This document shows positions 8,594-15,980 of a DNA stretch of 57,003 nt, one piece after another. The position numbers and the translations under genes are program-made. The stretch comes from Bacteroidales bacterium (GTDB lineage Bacteria > Bacteroidota > Bacteroidia > Bacteroidales > JAIPAH01), in contig JASMTJ010000531.1 in NCBI GenBank assembly GCA_041694335.1, forward strand, positions 1-57,003, read 5' to 3'. How positions within the stretch are numbered: position 1 is the stretch's first letter; every line of letters begins with the position of its first letter. The notes beneath the pieces were generated by a model, which saw nothing but the letters and a program-made list of their open reading frames with translations, made no database searches and had not been told where the DNA came from.

Positions 8594-9826
8594 TTATTCA
8601 TCGCGCAAAGCAATAACCGGTTTAATGGATGCCGCTTTCCTTGCCGGGATAAATCCTGCTATGGCACCGGCAATAATTAATACGATGGTGGCCCGGATAG
8701 CTACTCCGATGTCAGCCGACGGATGCTGGAAGAATTGTGTATCCACCATAGGTGAGATAGCTTCCAGAAGCGCTACACCCACAACCAGCCCGATGTATCC
8801 TGCAAAAGTGGTAATCGCTATCGACTCCTGGAGGATGAGTGAAACCACGCTCCAGGGGCTGGCGCCAATGGCTTTTCTGACCCCGATCTCTTTGGTGCGT
8901 TCTTTAACCACAATGGCCATAATATTGCTTACACCTACAATTCCGGCGATAATGGTTCCGATGCCGATAATCCAGATAAAAATATTGATGCCCGCAAACA
9001 TATCCATCATGTTTTTGAACTGCTCCACGGCATTCCAGATAAACAAAGCCCGGTCGTCCGATTCCTTAAAGTGATGCTTTTTAGCCATCTGCGCCCGGAT
9101 GCGATCTTCCATCCTGAGACTTTTGTCGACGGTTGGGTTTTCGACGGTGGCGGCCATCGTATGGATGCGATCGGAAGTGGAGAAGACTTTTTGTGCCGTG
9201 GTGATTGGGGTGTAAACAACACGGGTGTTGTCGCGCCGACCTTTATTGTCGGTGAATACCCCAACCACTTTAAATGGCACGTCGTTGATGCGAATGTATT
9301 TGCCTATAACTTCTTCTTCCCCTTCGAAAAGGAATTTTTTTACACTGATACCTATAGAGGTTACCTTTCGTGTATTTTCAATATCAATTTTATTAATAAA
9401 GCGTCCATCGAGCATTTCCACCTGTTCGATGTGCTTGTAATCGGGATGAGAGGTGAATACATCAAAGGCGGAGTATTTATCTTTGTAGTTCACCCTGGTG
9501 GTGCCCAGCCGGAACCGCCCGGAGATAAACTCCAGCGCCGGCTCGGTTTCTTTGATCAGTTCATAATCATCATTGTGAAATTCGATTCTTCTTCCCGACT
9601 GATAGCCTTCGTGTGCTTCTGAGGTTGTTCCGGGATTAATCCAGAGCGTGTTGGTAGCTGAAGAGGCAAACTGGCTGCGTGCACCGTTCTCCAGCCCCTG
9701 TCCTGCGCCCAGCAGGATAATGAGCATAAAGATACCCCAGGCCACACTAAATCCGGTAAGAAACGTGCGAAGCTTGTTTTTTTTGACCGTGGCCAGAATC
9801 TCCTGCCAGTTATCCAGATTAAACAT
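8594..9826 (-). CDS. ABC transporter permease, MacB/FtsX family (second paralog)
   Basis: MFNLDNWQEILATVKKNKLRTFLTGFSVAWGIFMLI...ARKAASIKPVIALRDE, the same architecture as 7292..8560. Confidence 0.85.
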   Translation of the reverse strand: MFNLDNWQEILATVKKNKLRTFLTGFSVAWGIFMLIILLGAGQGLENGARSQFASSATNTLWINPGTTSEAHEGYQSGRRIEFHNDDYELIKETEPALEFISGRFRLGTTRVNYKDKYSAFDVFTSHPDYKHIEQVEMLDGRFINKIDIENTRKVTSIGISVKKFLFEGEEEVIGKYIRINDVPFKVVGVFTDNKGRRDNTRVVYTPITTAQKVFSTSDRIHTMAATVENPTVDKSLRMEDRIRAQMAKKHHFKESDDRALFIWNAVEQFKNMMDMFAGINIFIWIIGIGTIIAGIVGVSNIMAIVVKERTKEIGVRKAIGASPWSVVSLILQESIAITTFAGYIGLVVGVALLEAISPMVDTQFFQHPSADIGVAIRATIVLIIAGAIAGFIPARKAASIKPVIALRDE

Positions 9827-9835
9827 GATGCTTGA

Positions 9836-10915
9836 TTATTTGATGACTTTTATCTCTTCTTCGCCGTTAAGGCCCGAAATCACCTCAATGTTAATTCCGT
9901 CGCTAAGACCGGTTGTGACTTCCTTCTTTTCAAAAGTGCCATCGGGTTTTTTTACTTCCACAAAAGCCTGGTCTTCCTCGAACTGGAGCAAGCCCTCTTT
10001 GATGGCCAGCACGTTTTCGGCCCGCTGCAACACAATGTCGGCGTTGGCGCTGTATCCGGCTCTCACAAAGAGCGAATCTTTCAGTGCAAGCGCGGCCCTG
10101 ATTTCAAATTGAATGGCTCCGTTTTCTTCTACGCCTTTCGGACTGATATACTCGAGCACAGCGTCAAACTTATGGTCCTCAATAGCGCCAATGGTGAGCT
10201 CGATAGGCATGCCTTCACGAATCTTTCCCACTTCCGTCTCGTCGACGTTGCCTTCAAAAATCATGTTGTTCATGTTGGCTACGGTGGCGATAGTGGTTCC
10301 GGCGTTGAAGTTGTTGCTTTCGATTACCGAGTTTCCAATCTCTACTGGTACGTCCAATACCATTCCCTCGATGGTGGAACGAATCAGTGTGTTGGATGCT
10401 TCGTCGGCCTCTTTGCGCACCCCTTCCTGAATCAGGCGGAGGTTGCTTTCAGCAGTTTTTAGCTCTTCTTTTGCCGACTTCAGGCTAACATCATATTCCA
10501 GAAATTGTGACTCCGGGATGACTTCCTGCTCATAAAGTTTCAGATGACGGTTATAATCAATCTGTGCCTTATCGAGTTGAATTCTGGCTTTCTCTACACG
10601 TGCCTCAGCTTCGTTCAGGCTGACCATATTTGGTATAATCTTGACCTTGGCCAGAAGCTGTCCTTTTTTTACAAATTCACCCGCTTCCACATAAAGTTCG
10701 TCAATAATTCCCGAGACTTGCGGAACAATTTCAATTTCATAGCGTGGCACCACCGAACCGGTGGCCACGGTTTTTTTGATGATATCCTTTTTAGCTGCGG
10801 TGGCTGTTTCGAACACTTCCGGTTTCTCACGCGACTTGTTGTAGAGATAACCGATGGTTCCCACAAAAACTGCAAGAACTAAAACCCAGATGAAAATTTT
10901 CAATGCCTTCTTCAT
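9836..10915 (-). CDS. Efflux periplasmic adaptor (HlyD/MacA membrane-fusion family)
   Basis: N-terminal anchor, biotinyl-lipoyl-like hairpin (VPQVSGIIDELYVEAGEFVKKGQLLAKV), a coiled-coil region and beta-barrel domains. Sits in an operon with the ABC components. Confidence 0.85.
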   Translation of the reverse strand: MKKALKIFIWVLVLAVFVGTIGYLYNKSREKPEVFETATAAKKDIIKKTVATGSVVPRYEIEIVPQVSGIIDELYVEAGEFVKKGQLLAKVKIIPNMVSLNEAEARVEKARIQLDKAQIDYNRHLKLYEQEVIPESQFLEYDVSLKSAKEELKTAESNLRLIQEGVRKEADEASNTLIRSTIEGMVLDVPVEIGNSVIESNNFNAGTTIATVANMNNMIFEGNVDETEVGKIREGMPIELTIGAIEDHKFDAVLEYISPKGVEENGAIQFEIRAALALKDSLFVRAGYSANADIVLQRAENVLAIKEGLLQFEEDQAFVEVKKPDGTFEKKEVTTGLSDGINIEVISGLNGEEEIKVIK

Positions 10916-10942
10916 TGCTTTGCTCTTTTTATATTTTGATGA

Positions 10943-11662
10943 TTATTTCTTTGCTACTGCTCTTGAGGCGAGCCATTTTTCGCGTTCGCCGTTATAAATA
11001 TTCTTTTCAATCAGCCCGTCTTTCAGATGGATGATGCGATCGGTCATGGCTGCAATATCATGCTCGTGGGTAACAATCACCACCGTAATCCCCGACTCAT
11101 TGATCTCTTGCAGGATTTTCATCACATCGTAGGAGGTATTGGTGTCGAGTGCCCCGGTAGGCTCATCGGCCAGGATGACCTTAGGCCGGGCTATCAGCGC
11201 ACGCGCAATGGCAAGGCGTTGCTTCTGTCCGCCCGATAGCTCATTAGGCAAGTGATCGGCCCACTCAAGCAGCCCCATCTTATCGAGATATTCCAATGCC
11301 AGCTTGTTACGCTTCTTGCGGTTTACCTTTTTGTAGTAAAGCGGCAAGGCTACATTCTCCATCGCATTTTTAAAGGAGATGAGGTTAAAAGACTGAAAGA
11401 TGAATCCGATATAATCATTGCGCAGTGCGGCCGCCTTGGTTTCGTTCAAATCCTTAATCAGCTTGTCGTTCAACAGGTAAGAGCCTTCGTCGTAGTTGTC
11501 AAGAATACCTAGGATATTCAGCAGGGTGGATTTACCAGAGCCGGACGAACCCATGATCGACACGAATTCGCCCGCTTTGATTTCTAAATCTATCCCTTTA
11601 AGTACATGAAGACTATTAGCACCCGTAACGTAGCTTTTATGGATGTTTTGTAGCTTTATCAT
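10943..11662 (-). CDS. ABC transporter ATP-binding protein (MacB/LolD-type)
   Basis: Walker [10 protein letters not shown], signature LSGGQKQR, Walker [13 protein letters not shown]-loop VIVTHE. Confidence 0.9.
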   Translation of the reverse strand: MIKLQNIHKSYVTGANSLHVLKGIDLEIKAGEFVSIMGSSGSGKSTLLNILGILDNYDEGSYLLNDKLIKDLNETKAAALRNDYIGFIFQSFNLISFKNAMENVALPLYYKKVNRKKRNKLALEYLDKMGLLEWADHLPNELSGGQKQRLAIARALIARPKVILADEPTGALDTNTSYDVMKILQEINESGITVVIVTHEHDIAAMTDRIIHLKDGLIEKNIYNGEREKWLASRAVAKK

Positions 11663-11690
11663 AGCATTTTTTTTATCGCTGCAACATCTA

Positions 11691-11706
11691 TTCAGTTATT
11701 GTGCCA
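11691..11706 (-). promoter_or_regulatory. Sigma-54-like element TGGCAC-N5-CTGA upstream of the ABC efflux operon
   Basis: The minus strand reads TGGCACAATAACTGAA, about 29 nt upstream of the ATG at 11662. The -12 half is non-canonical. Confidence 0.3.
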
Positions 11707-11753
11707 TAATGTCTAAAAGCAAGGATAAGAATAAGATAGCGGATTTGTGAAAG

Positions 11754-11793
11754 TGTACGGCATGAAAAGGGATGTACGGTTTCTGATGTACGC
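11754..11793. repeat. Three direct copies of TGTACG(G/C), at 11754, 11773 and 11787
   Basis: Direct reading: aagTGTACGGcatgaaaagggaTGTACGGtttctgaTGTACGCtg. The copies lie 50-100 bp upstream (minus-strand sense) of the element at 11691-11706. Confidence 0.6.
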
Positions 11794-11864
11794 TGTTCGC
11801 AGGCGGACGGTGGGTGTAAATCTTTTGAATTTTTCTTAATTTAGAACTATTAAAATCTTAAACA

Positions 11865-12250
11865 ATGGCCTCCACATAATACAAAGGCAAATACCGAATA
11901 GCATCAACAGGCTATGCAAATGGAATTACGGCTCAAACGCATCTTATTTTATCACTCTTTACTCTTCCTACAGAGCACATTCTTTAGGAGAAATACAGGA
12001 TGAAATTATCAGAAATAGGAATGCTGACGGACAAACACTGGCGCGAAATTCCGGCTCATTATCCGTTTATTAAGCTGGATATCTATATCATCATGCCCAA
12101 TCATATTCATGGAATTATCAACATTTGTAAATCAACAGAGGAAAAGAATCTTCTTAAAACCGAAAATAATATAGATCCTTCTGAGAACAGACGCACTATT
12201 AGGGCGTCTCAACGATCAACCCAAATTAATAATACGGCCGATTGCCTATC
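11865..12250 (+). pseudogene. Decayed REP-associated tyrosine transposase (RAYT / IS200-like Y1 transposase) gene
   Basis: ATG at 11865 is followed by an in-frame TAA at 11877-79 (MAST*YKGKYRI). Homology continues in another frame (RLCKWNYGSNASYFITLYSSYRAHSLGEIQD), then returns to the first frame (MKLSEIG...IIMPNHIHGIIN, the HUH motif). The C-terminal half with the catalytic Tyr is missing. Confidence 0.7.
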
Positions 12251-12627
12251 TAACAGCAGGTACAGCCTGAGCAGCTTCCATCTGAGCAAGTATCCTGGAC
12301 GTTATATTTGAGTGGAAAGCCATCGAGGCCCCAGGCTTTCAGGCCGCCTTCGATAAAATAAACATTTTCGAAGCCGTTATACTGAAGCATATTGGCAGCC
12401 TTAAATCCGTTAACACCATAAAAGTCAGACATTATCAATTTGCAATCGGTGGGGAGCTCTTTCATTTTTTGCACTAACTCAAGTAATGGGATTTCGAGAC
12501 GCTTTTCAATATCAAACTCCACAAACTCTATTTCTTTCGGGTGTCTGACATCTATAAGGAGTGCGCCGTTGGTTAGTTCTTTGAGCGCCTCCTCGGGTTT
12601 CAGGCTTTTTACTTCTTCCATTTCCAA
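12250..12627 (-). CDS. Single-domain rhodanese-like protein with Asp at the catalytic Cys position and a Cys-rich C-terminal tail
   Basis: LIDVRHPKEIE...KLIMSDFYGVNGFKAANMLQYNGFENVYFIEGGLKAW aligns ungapped to GlpE ...[36 protein letters not shown], placing D at the catalytic C. The tail is DTCSDGSCSGCTCC. Confidence 0.7.
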   Translation of the reverse strand: MEMEEVKSLKPEEALKELTNGALLIDVRHPKEIEFVEFDIEKRLEIPLLELVQKMKELPTDCKLIMSDFYGVNGFKAANMLQYNGFENVYFIEGGLKAWGLDGFPLKYNVQDTCSDGSCSGCTCC

Positions 12628-12700
12628 TAATTTTCAGCAAAATTAATGAAAGCTGTTATATCACTTGGCAATTCAACGATTTTAACGGAATTTTAATAAA

Positions 12701-13597
12701 TCAGTCGCGAAATTCTTTGGGTTTCTTGATCGTAAATACACGATTGATATTAAAGCCAAAATAGATGTCTCCGTCGGCCCATTTTCCGGTGGTTTCGGTA
12801 ATGAAGCCCCTTTCGAACATCGGTTGCGCATTGGTCAGGTGTAACTGAAATACGTGCCCGCCGGTTTCAATATCCACGCCTACCGACAGCACATTGTAAT
12901 ACTCAGTGGATACTTGTTCGGTGAAGCGGTAGAAATATTCCGCGTTCAGCGTCAGGCGCTGGGTAATTTTATAGCGTCCGCCCACGCCAAGGGCCAGCAG
13001 GTCGTTTTCGTCGGCTTTGGCTTCTACAAGGTTTTTGTGGATGAGGCTGGGAGTGAGCTGCAGCGTCAGGTTATCGCTGAACTTCCGGGCAAGGAGCAGT
13101 TGGTGGAAGTAGGATATCCTGCTTGAAAAATGGTTGTCCCTTTCGGGATACTGCCACTTCAAAGAGTTCAGATCCATGCCGGCCACATACGATAGACTCA
13201 GCGGCATGGTTTGTTCACCGGTACTTTGCCTGAGGATTTTGTATTTCACAAAGCCATCGAAGGTTTTTTGGTACGAGCTCCTTCCCAATCCAATAGCAAG
13301 CCGGTCGGTGATGCCATATTGGAAGTCAAGTTTTACGGTAGCCTGATCGAGACCGAACAGATCGTAAAAGCCCTGGTTGATGCGTCCGAAATGGTGGCTT
13401 ACTACAAACTGCAATACCCCTTCAGCCGGGTTTTCGATGGAGTGCCCGTTAATAATGCGGGTCGATTTAAAAGAAGCGTAGGTATATTCCGTTTTGGGTT
13501 CGGTGTCTTCATCCAAAAGGCCCATCAAATCATCCTGTGCCAGCGAAATAAATGGCACAGCCAGCATGAGCGTCAGAAGTAGTCTGAGCTTATTCAT
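12701..13597 (-). CDS. Outer-membrane beta-barrel protein, DUF5777-like
   Basis: Signal peptide MNKLRLLLTLMLAVPFISLAQ. Motifs FKSTRIINGHSIE, VVSHHFGRINQGFYDLFGLDQA and YGITDRLAIGLGRSS. Alternating beta-strand pattern with a C-terminal aromatic residue. Confidence 0.6.
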   Translation of the reverse strand: MNKLRLLLTLMLAVPFISLAQDDLMGLLDEDTEPKTEYTYASFKSTRIINGHSIENPAEGVLQFVVSHHFGRINQGFYDLFGLDQATVKLDFQYGITDRLAIGLGRSSYQKTFDGFVKYKILRQSTGEQTMPLSLSYVAGMDLNSLKWQYPERDNHFSSRISYFHQLLLARKFSDNLTLQLTPSLIHKNLVEAKADENDLLALGVGGRYKITQRLTLNAEYFYRFTEQVSTEYYNVLSVGVDIETGGHVFQLHLTNAQPMFERGFITETTGKWADGDIYFGFNINRVFTIKKPKEFRD

Positions 13598-13607
13598 AAA
13601 TATGGTT

Positions 13608-14156
13608 TTATAGTTTTTTCAGATCACAGTCGACCGTCACTTCAATTTCTTTGGCAATATTATTCCGCACCGCAGCAGGAATCTCAATATCATAATCTGC
13701 CGGACTGACCATAAAAACGGAACCTGAATGGATGCCGTCCTCTTTTACAGTAATGGTACCTTCTTTGCTGATTTCATTTGAAACACCATGAATGGTCAGT
13801 GTCCCATCCACCTGTACTTTATATTCGCCCGGTTTCGAAAAGTCCACCTTGTCAATGTCAGTCACTTTTCCCTGGAAGGTACTGTTTGGATATTTGTGCG
13901 ATTCCACATAATTCTCATTAAAATGTTCCTGCATCAGGGCTTTTTCAAACTGGAACGACTTCATTAGTACCTTAAAAACCACATCGCCCGTTTTGCTGTC
14001 AAGTGCCATTTGCACGGTGCGGTTGTGCGCTTCAATGTCTTCTACAGGTGTGGATGAAAAGAATTTAATATGTCCACTTTTCGTGATATATCGCTGAGCC
14101 ACAGAAATATTGCTGATAAGAATTGCTGATAAAAGCAAGAAAACTAATTTTTTCAT
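13608..14156 (-). CDS. YceI family periplasmic (polyisoprenoid-binding-like) protein
   Basis: Signal peptide plus the typical YceI pattern SGHIKFFSSTPVEDIEAHN...FQFEKALMQEHFNENYVESHKYPNSTFQGKV...GTLTIHGVSNE. Confidence 0.8.
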   Translation of the reverse strand: MKKLVFLLLSAILISNISVAQRYITKSGHIKFFSSTPVEDIEAHNRTVQMALDSKTGDVVFKVLMKSFQFEKALMQEHFNENYVESHKYPNSTFQGKVTDIDKVDFSKPGEYKVQVDGTLTIHGVSNEISKEGTITVKEDGIHSGSVFMVSPADYDIEIPAAVRNNIAKEIEVTVDCDLKKL

Positions 14157-14165
14157 AACGGTATT

Positions 14166-14597
14166 TTATTTTAATGAACAGTGTTCCATAACTACATCGG
14201 TGTCGTTATAGCCCACACAAAGCCCTTTAATTACAACGTATTTCGGTAAAGCCATTTGCTCTAACTGTTTAGAATATTCGGGCAACATGGTGCATCTGAT
14301 TCCTTCATCACCAAATAGTCCTTCCGATAGCGCGATAACCGCCACCGTAAGGGAGTCGTTCTGTTCGATTTTGTCAATCTCGCCTCTCACCTGGATTACC
14401 GTGCCTGTGTATTTTTCGTTTGCTTCTGCATTTGAGTTCCGGTATTCGTCCAGAAGTTCTTGTGCTTCAAGTGTAAAGAGAGCGACTTCTTTTTCATAAT
14501 CGGGATGCGATTTATTGTAAACGAACTGAAAAACAAGCAGCCCGGCTATTACACCAATGAAAAGAATGCCCAAGAATATTTTATATTTACGATTCAT
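14166..14597 (-). CDS. Membrane-anchored OB-fold protein (tRNA_anti-like family)
   Basis: N-terminal TM segment (KIFLGILFIGVIAGLLVFQFVYNKSHPDY) and the family-typical ...EANEKYTGTVIQVRGEIDKIE... Confidence 0.55.
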   Translation of the reverse strand: MNRKYKIFLGILFIGVIAGLLVFQFVYNKSHPDYEKEVALFTLEAQELLDEYRNSNAEANEKYTGTVIQVRGEIDKIEQNDSLTVAVIALSEGLFGDEGIRCTMLPEYSKQLEQMALPKYVVIKGLCVGYNDTDVVMEHCSLK

Positions 14598-14620
14598 AGT
14601 GAATATAGTTTTGTGTTAGT

Positions 14621-14989
14621 TTAATTATCGGGAGCTCCATCATCGAGCCATTTCCTGATTTTCGAAAGCTCGCAGTCAGGAAGTTTGGGCTGATTTTTCG
14701 GCATGGGTGAATATCCTGATTCGTGGTTTACTGCACCCCAAAGTTGGCCATTATCGGCAATAACTTTTAAATCGGTGTAATTGTCGGTGATAACACCGGC
14801 ATTTGGTGATACGGAATTGTGACAACTGTTGCAGTTAGCCTCCATCAGCGGAGCGATGACAGAGGTGTAAGTGACCCCAGACGTATCACATTCAGTACTT
14901 TCGGGGTAAAGGTCTTCTTCATTATCGTAATAACAACCTTGCATGGCTGCGGCGAAGAACAAAAGACCAATCAATTTTAATAACTTCAT
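14621..14989 (-). CDS. Lipoprotein with one c-type haem-binding (CxxCH) PSCyt1-like domain
   Basis: Lipobox AAAMQGCYY. CNSCH haem motif, a downstream SPMP (candidate Met ligand) and the C-terminal KIRKWLDDGAPDN. Paralogous to the second half of the next gene. Confidence 0.6.
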   Translation of the reverse strand: MKLLKLIGLLFFAAAMQGCYYDNEEDLYPESTECDTSGVTYTSVIAPLMEANCNSCHNSVSPNAGVITDNYTDLKVIADNGQLWGAVNHESGYSPMPKNQPKLPDCELSKIRKWLDDGAPDN

Positions 14990-15063
14990 AAGCCCATGGT
15001 TAATTAATAAATAAACTGGTATTTAAGTAAAGTGTTGGCGGCAAAAGAATGTTTAACATTTAT

Positions 15064-15783
15064 TTAATTGTTTGGTGCTCCGTTAGATATCCATTTTTCC
15101 AATATTGCGATTTCACATTCTGGCAAACCGTTGGATGGAGGCATGAGCGGATAGCCATCCGTGCCGTTAATTACTCCGTGCAGTGCTCCGCTGTTGGCAA
15201 GAGTTGCGCGCTGGTCATAGGTTTCGAGCACTACGCCTCCATTAGCAGTAGCCTCGTCGTGACAACCAAGGCAAAAGTTCTCGAAGACCGGAACTACCTT
15301 TGACGCGTAGCTTACTTCTGTGGTATCACAATCACTTTCGCAGGAATTGTTAAGCGCACCCTGATTAATCCAGGTGGCGACCATACTGATTTGTTGCTGA
15401 CTTAAAGGACTGTTAGGAGGCGGGGGCATTCGTTTATCGGTATCCGTTTCGGTGATAACCTCATAAATATCGCTGCTTTCAGCATCGAAAGGTTCCACAT
15501 CGCCCGTGTTGATTATGTTATCGTAGTCGGTAAGGATGATTCCTTCTGTAGCGGTTCCGGCATCATGGCACCCCATGGTTCCGCAGGAGGATTGCAGCAA
15601 AGGAAGGATATCGTTCTTGAAATAAACCGTATCCGGATCGCAACCTGCAACCTGTGTGGTGTCGCTGTTATCGCCTCCGTTATTATCTCCGGGCCCCGGC
15701 TCAATAGTTTCAGAAGGTTCGTGGGTGCATGCGGCAAGAAGAGTAATTAGCATGAAGATAAAAGGAAATCCGGTCTTTTGCAT
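15064..15783 (-). CDS. Lipoprotein with two tandem PSCyt1-like haem-binding domains (CX4CH and CXXCH)
   Basis: Start trimmed to MQKTGFPFIFMLITLLAACTHEP (lipobox). Repeat 1 has CGTMGCH ... RMPPPPNSPLSQQQISMVATWINQGALNN. Repeat 2 has CLGCH ... LMPPSNGLPECEIAILEKWISNGAPNN. Confidence 0.6.
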   Translation of the reverse strand: MQKTGFPFIFMLITLLAACTHEPSETIEPGPGDNNGGDNSDTTQVAGCDPDTVYFKNDILPLLQSSCGTMGCHDAGTATEGIILTDYDNIINTGDVEPFDAESSDIYEVITETDTDKRMPPPPNSPLSQQQISMVATWINQGALNNSCESDCDTTEVSYASKVVPVFENFCLGCHDEATANGGVVLETYDQRATLANSGALHGVINGTDGYPLMPPSNGLPECEIAILEKWISNGAPNN

Positions 15784-15980
15784 AAAGCTTAGTTTTTTAT
15801 TTAACGCTTTTTGAAAATAATCAGTGCTGACATTCAACTTTTTAACAATTCTTTATGAAAGTATAACGACTTTTTCAGTTCTTGGTTTAGTTGGTTTAAT
15901 TTTCATAATATTGCGTAACTAAAAAGCAATAAAACGCTTTGGATAGAGTTATTTCATAAGTAAAAATAGATATCCTGATA

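Noticed and set aside
12000-12311. 103-aa ORF as an intact gene
   Set aside because: It is only the middle fragment of a Y1 transposase. The N-terminal part lies upstream in other frames behind a stop codon, the C-terminal catalytic part is missing, and the ORF tail runs antisense into the rhodanese-like gene. I call it a pseudogene instead.
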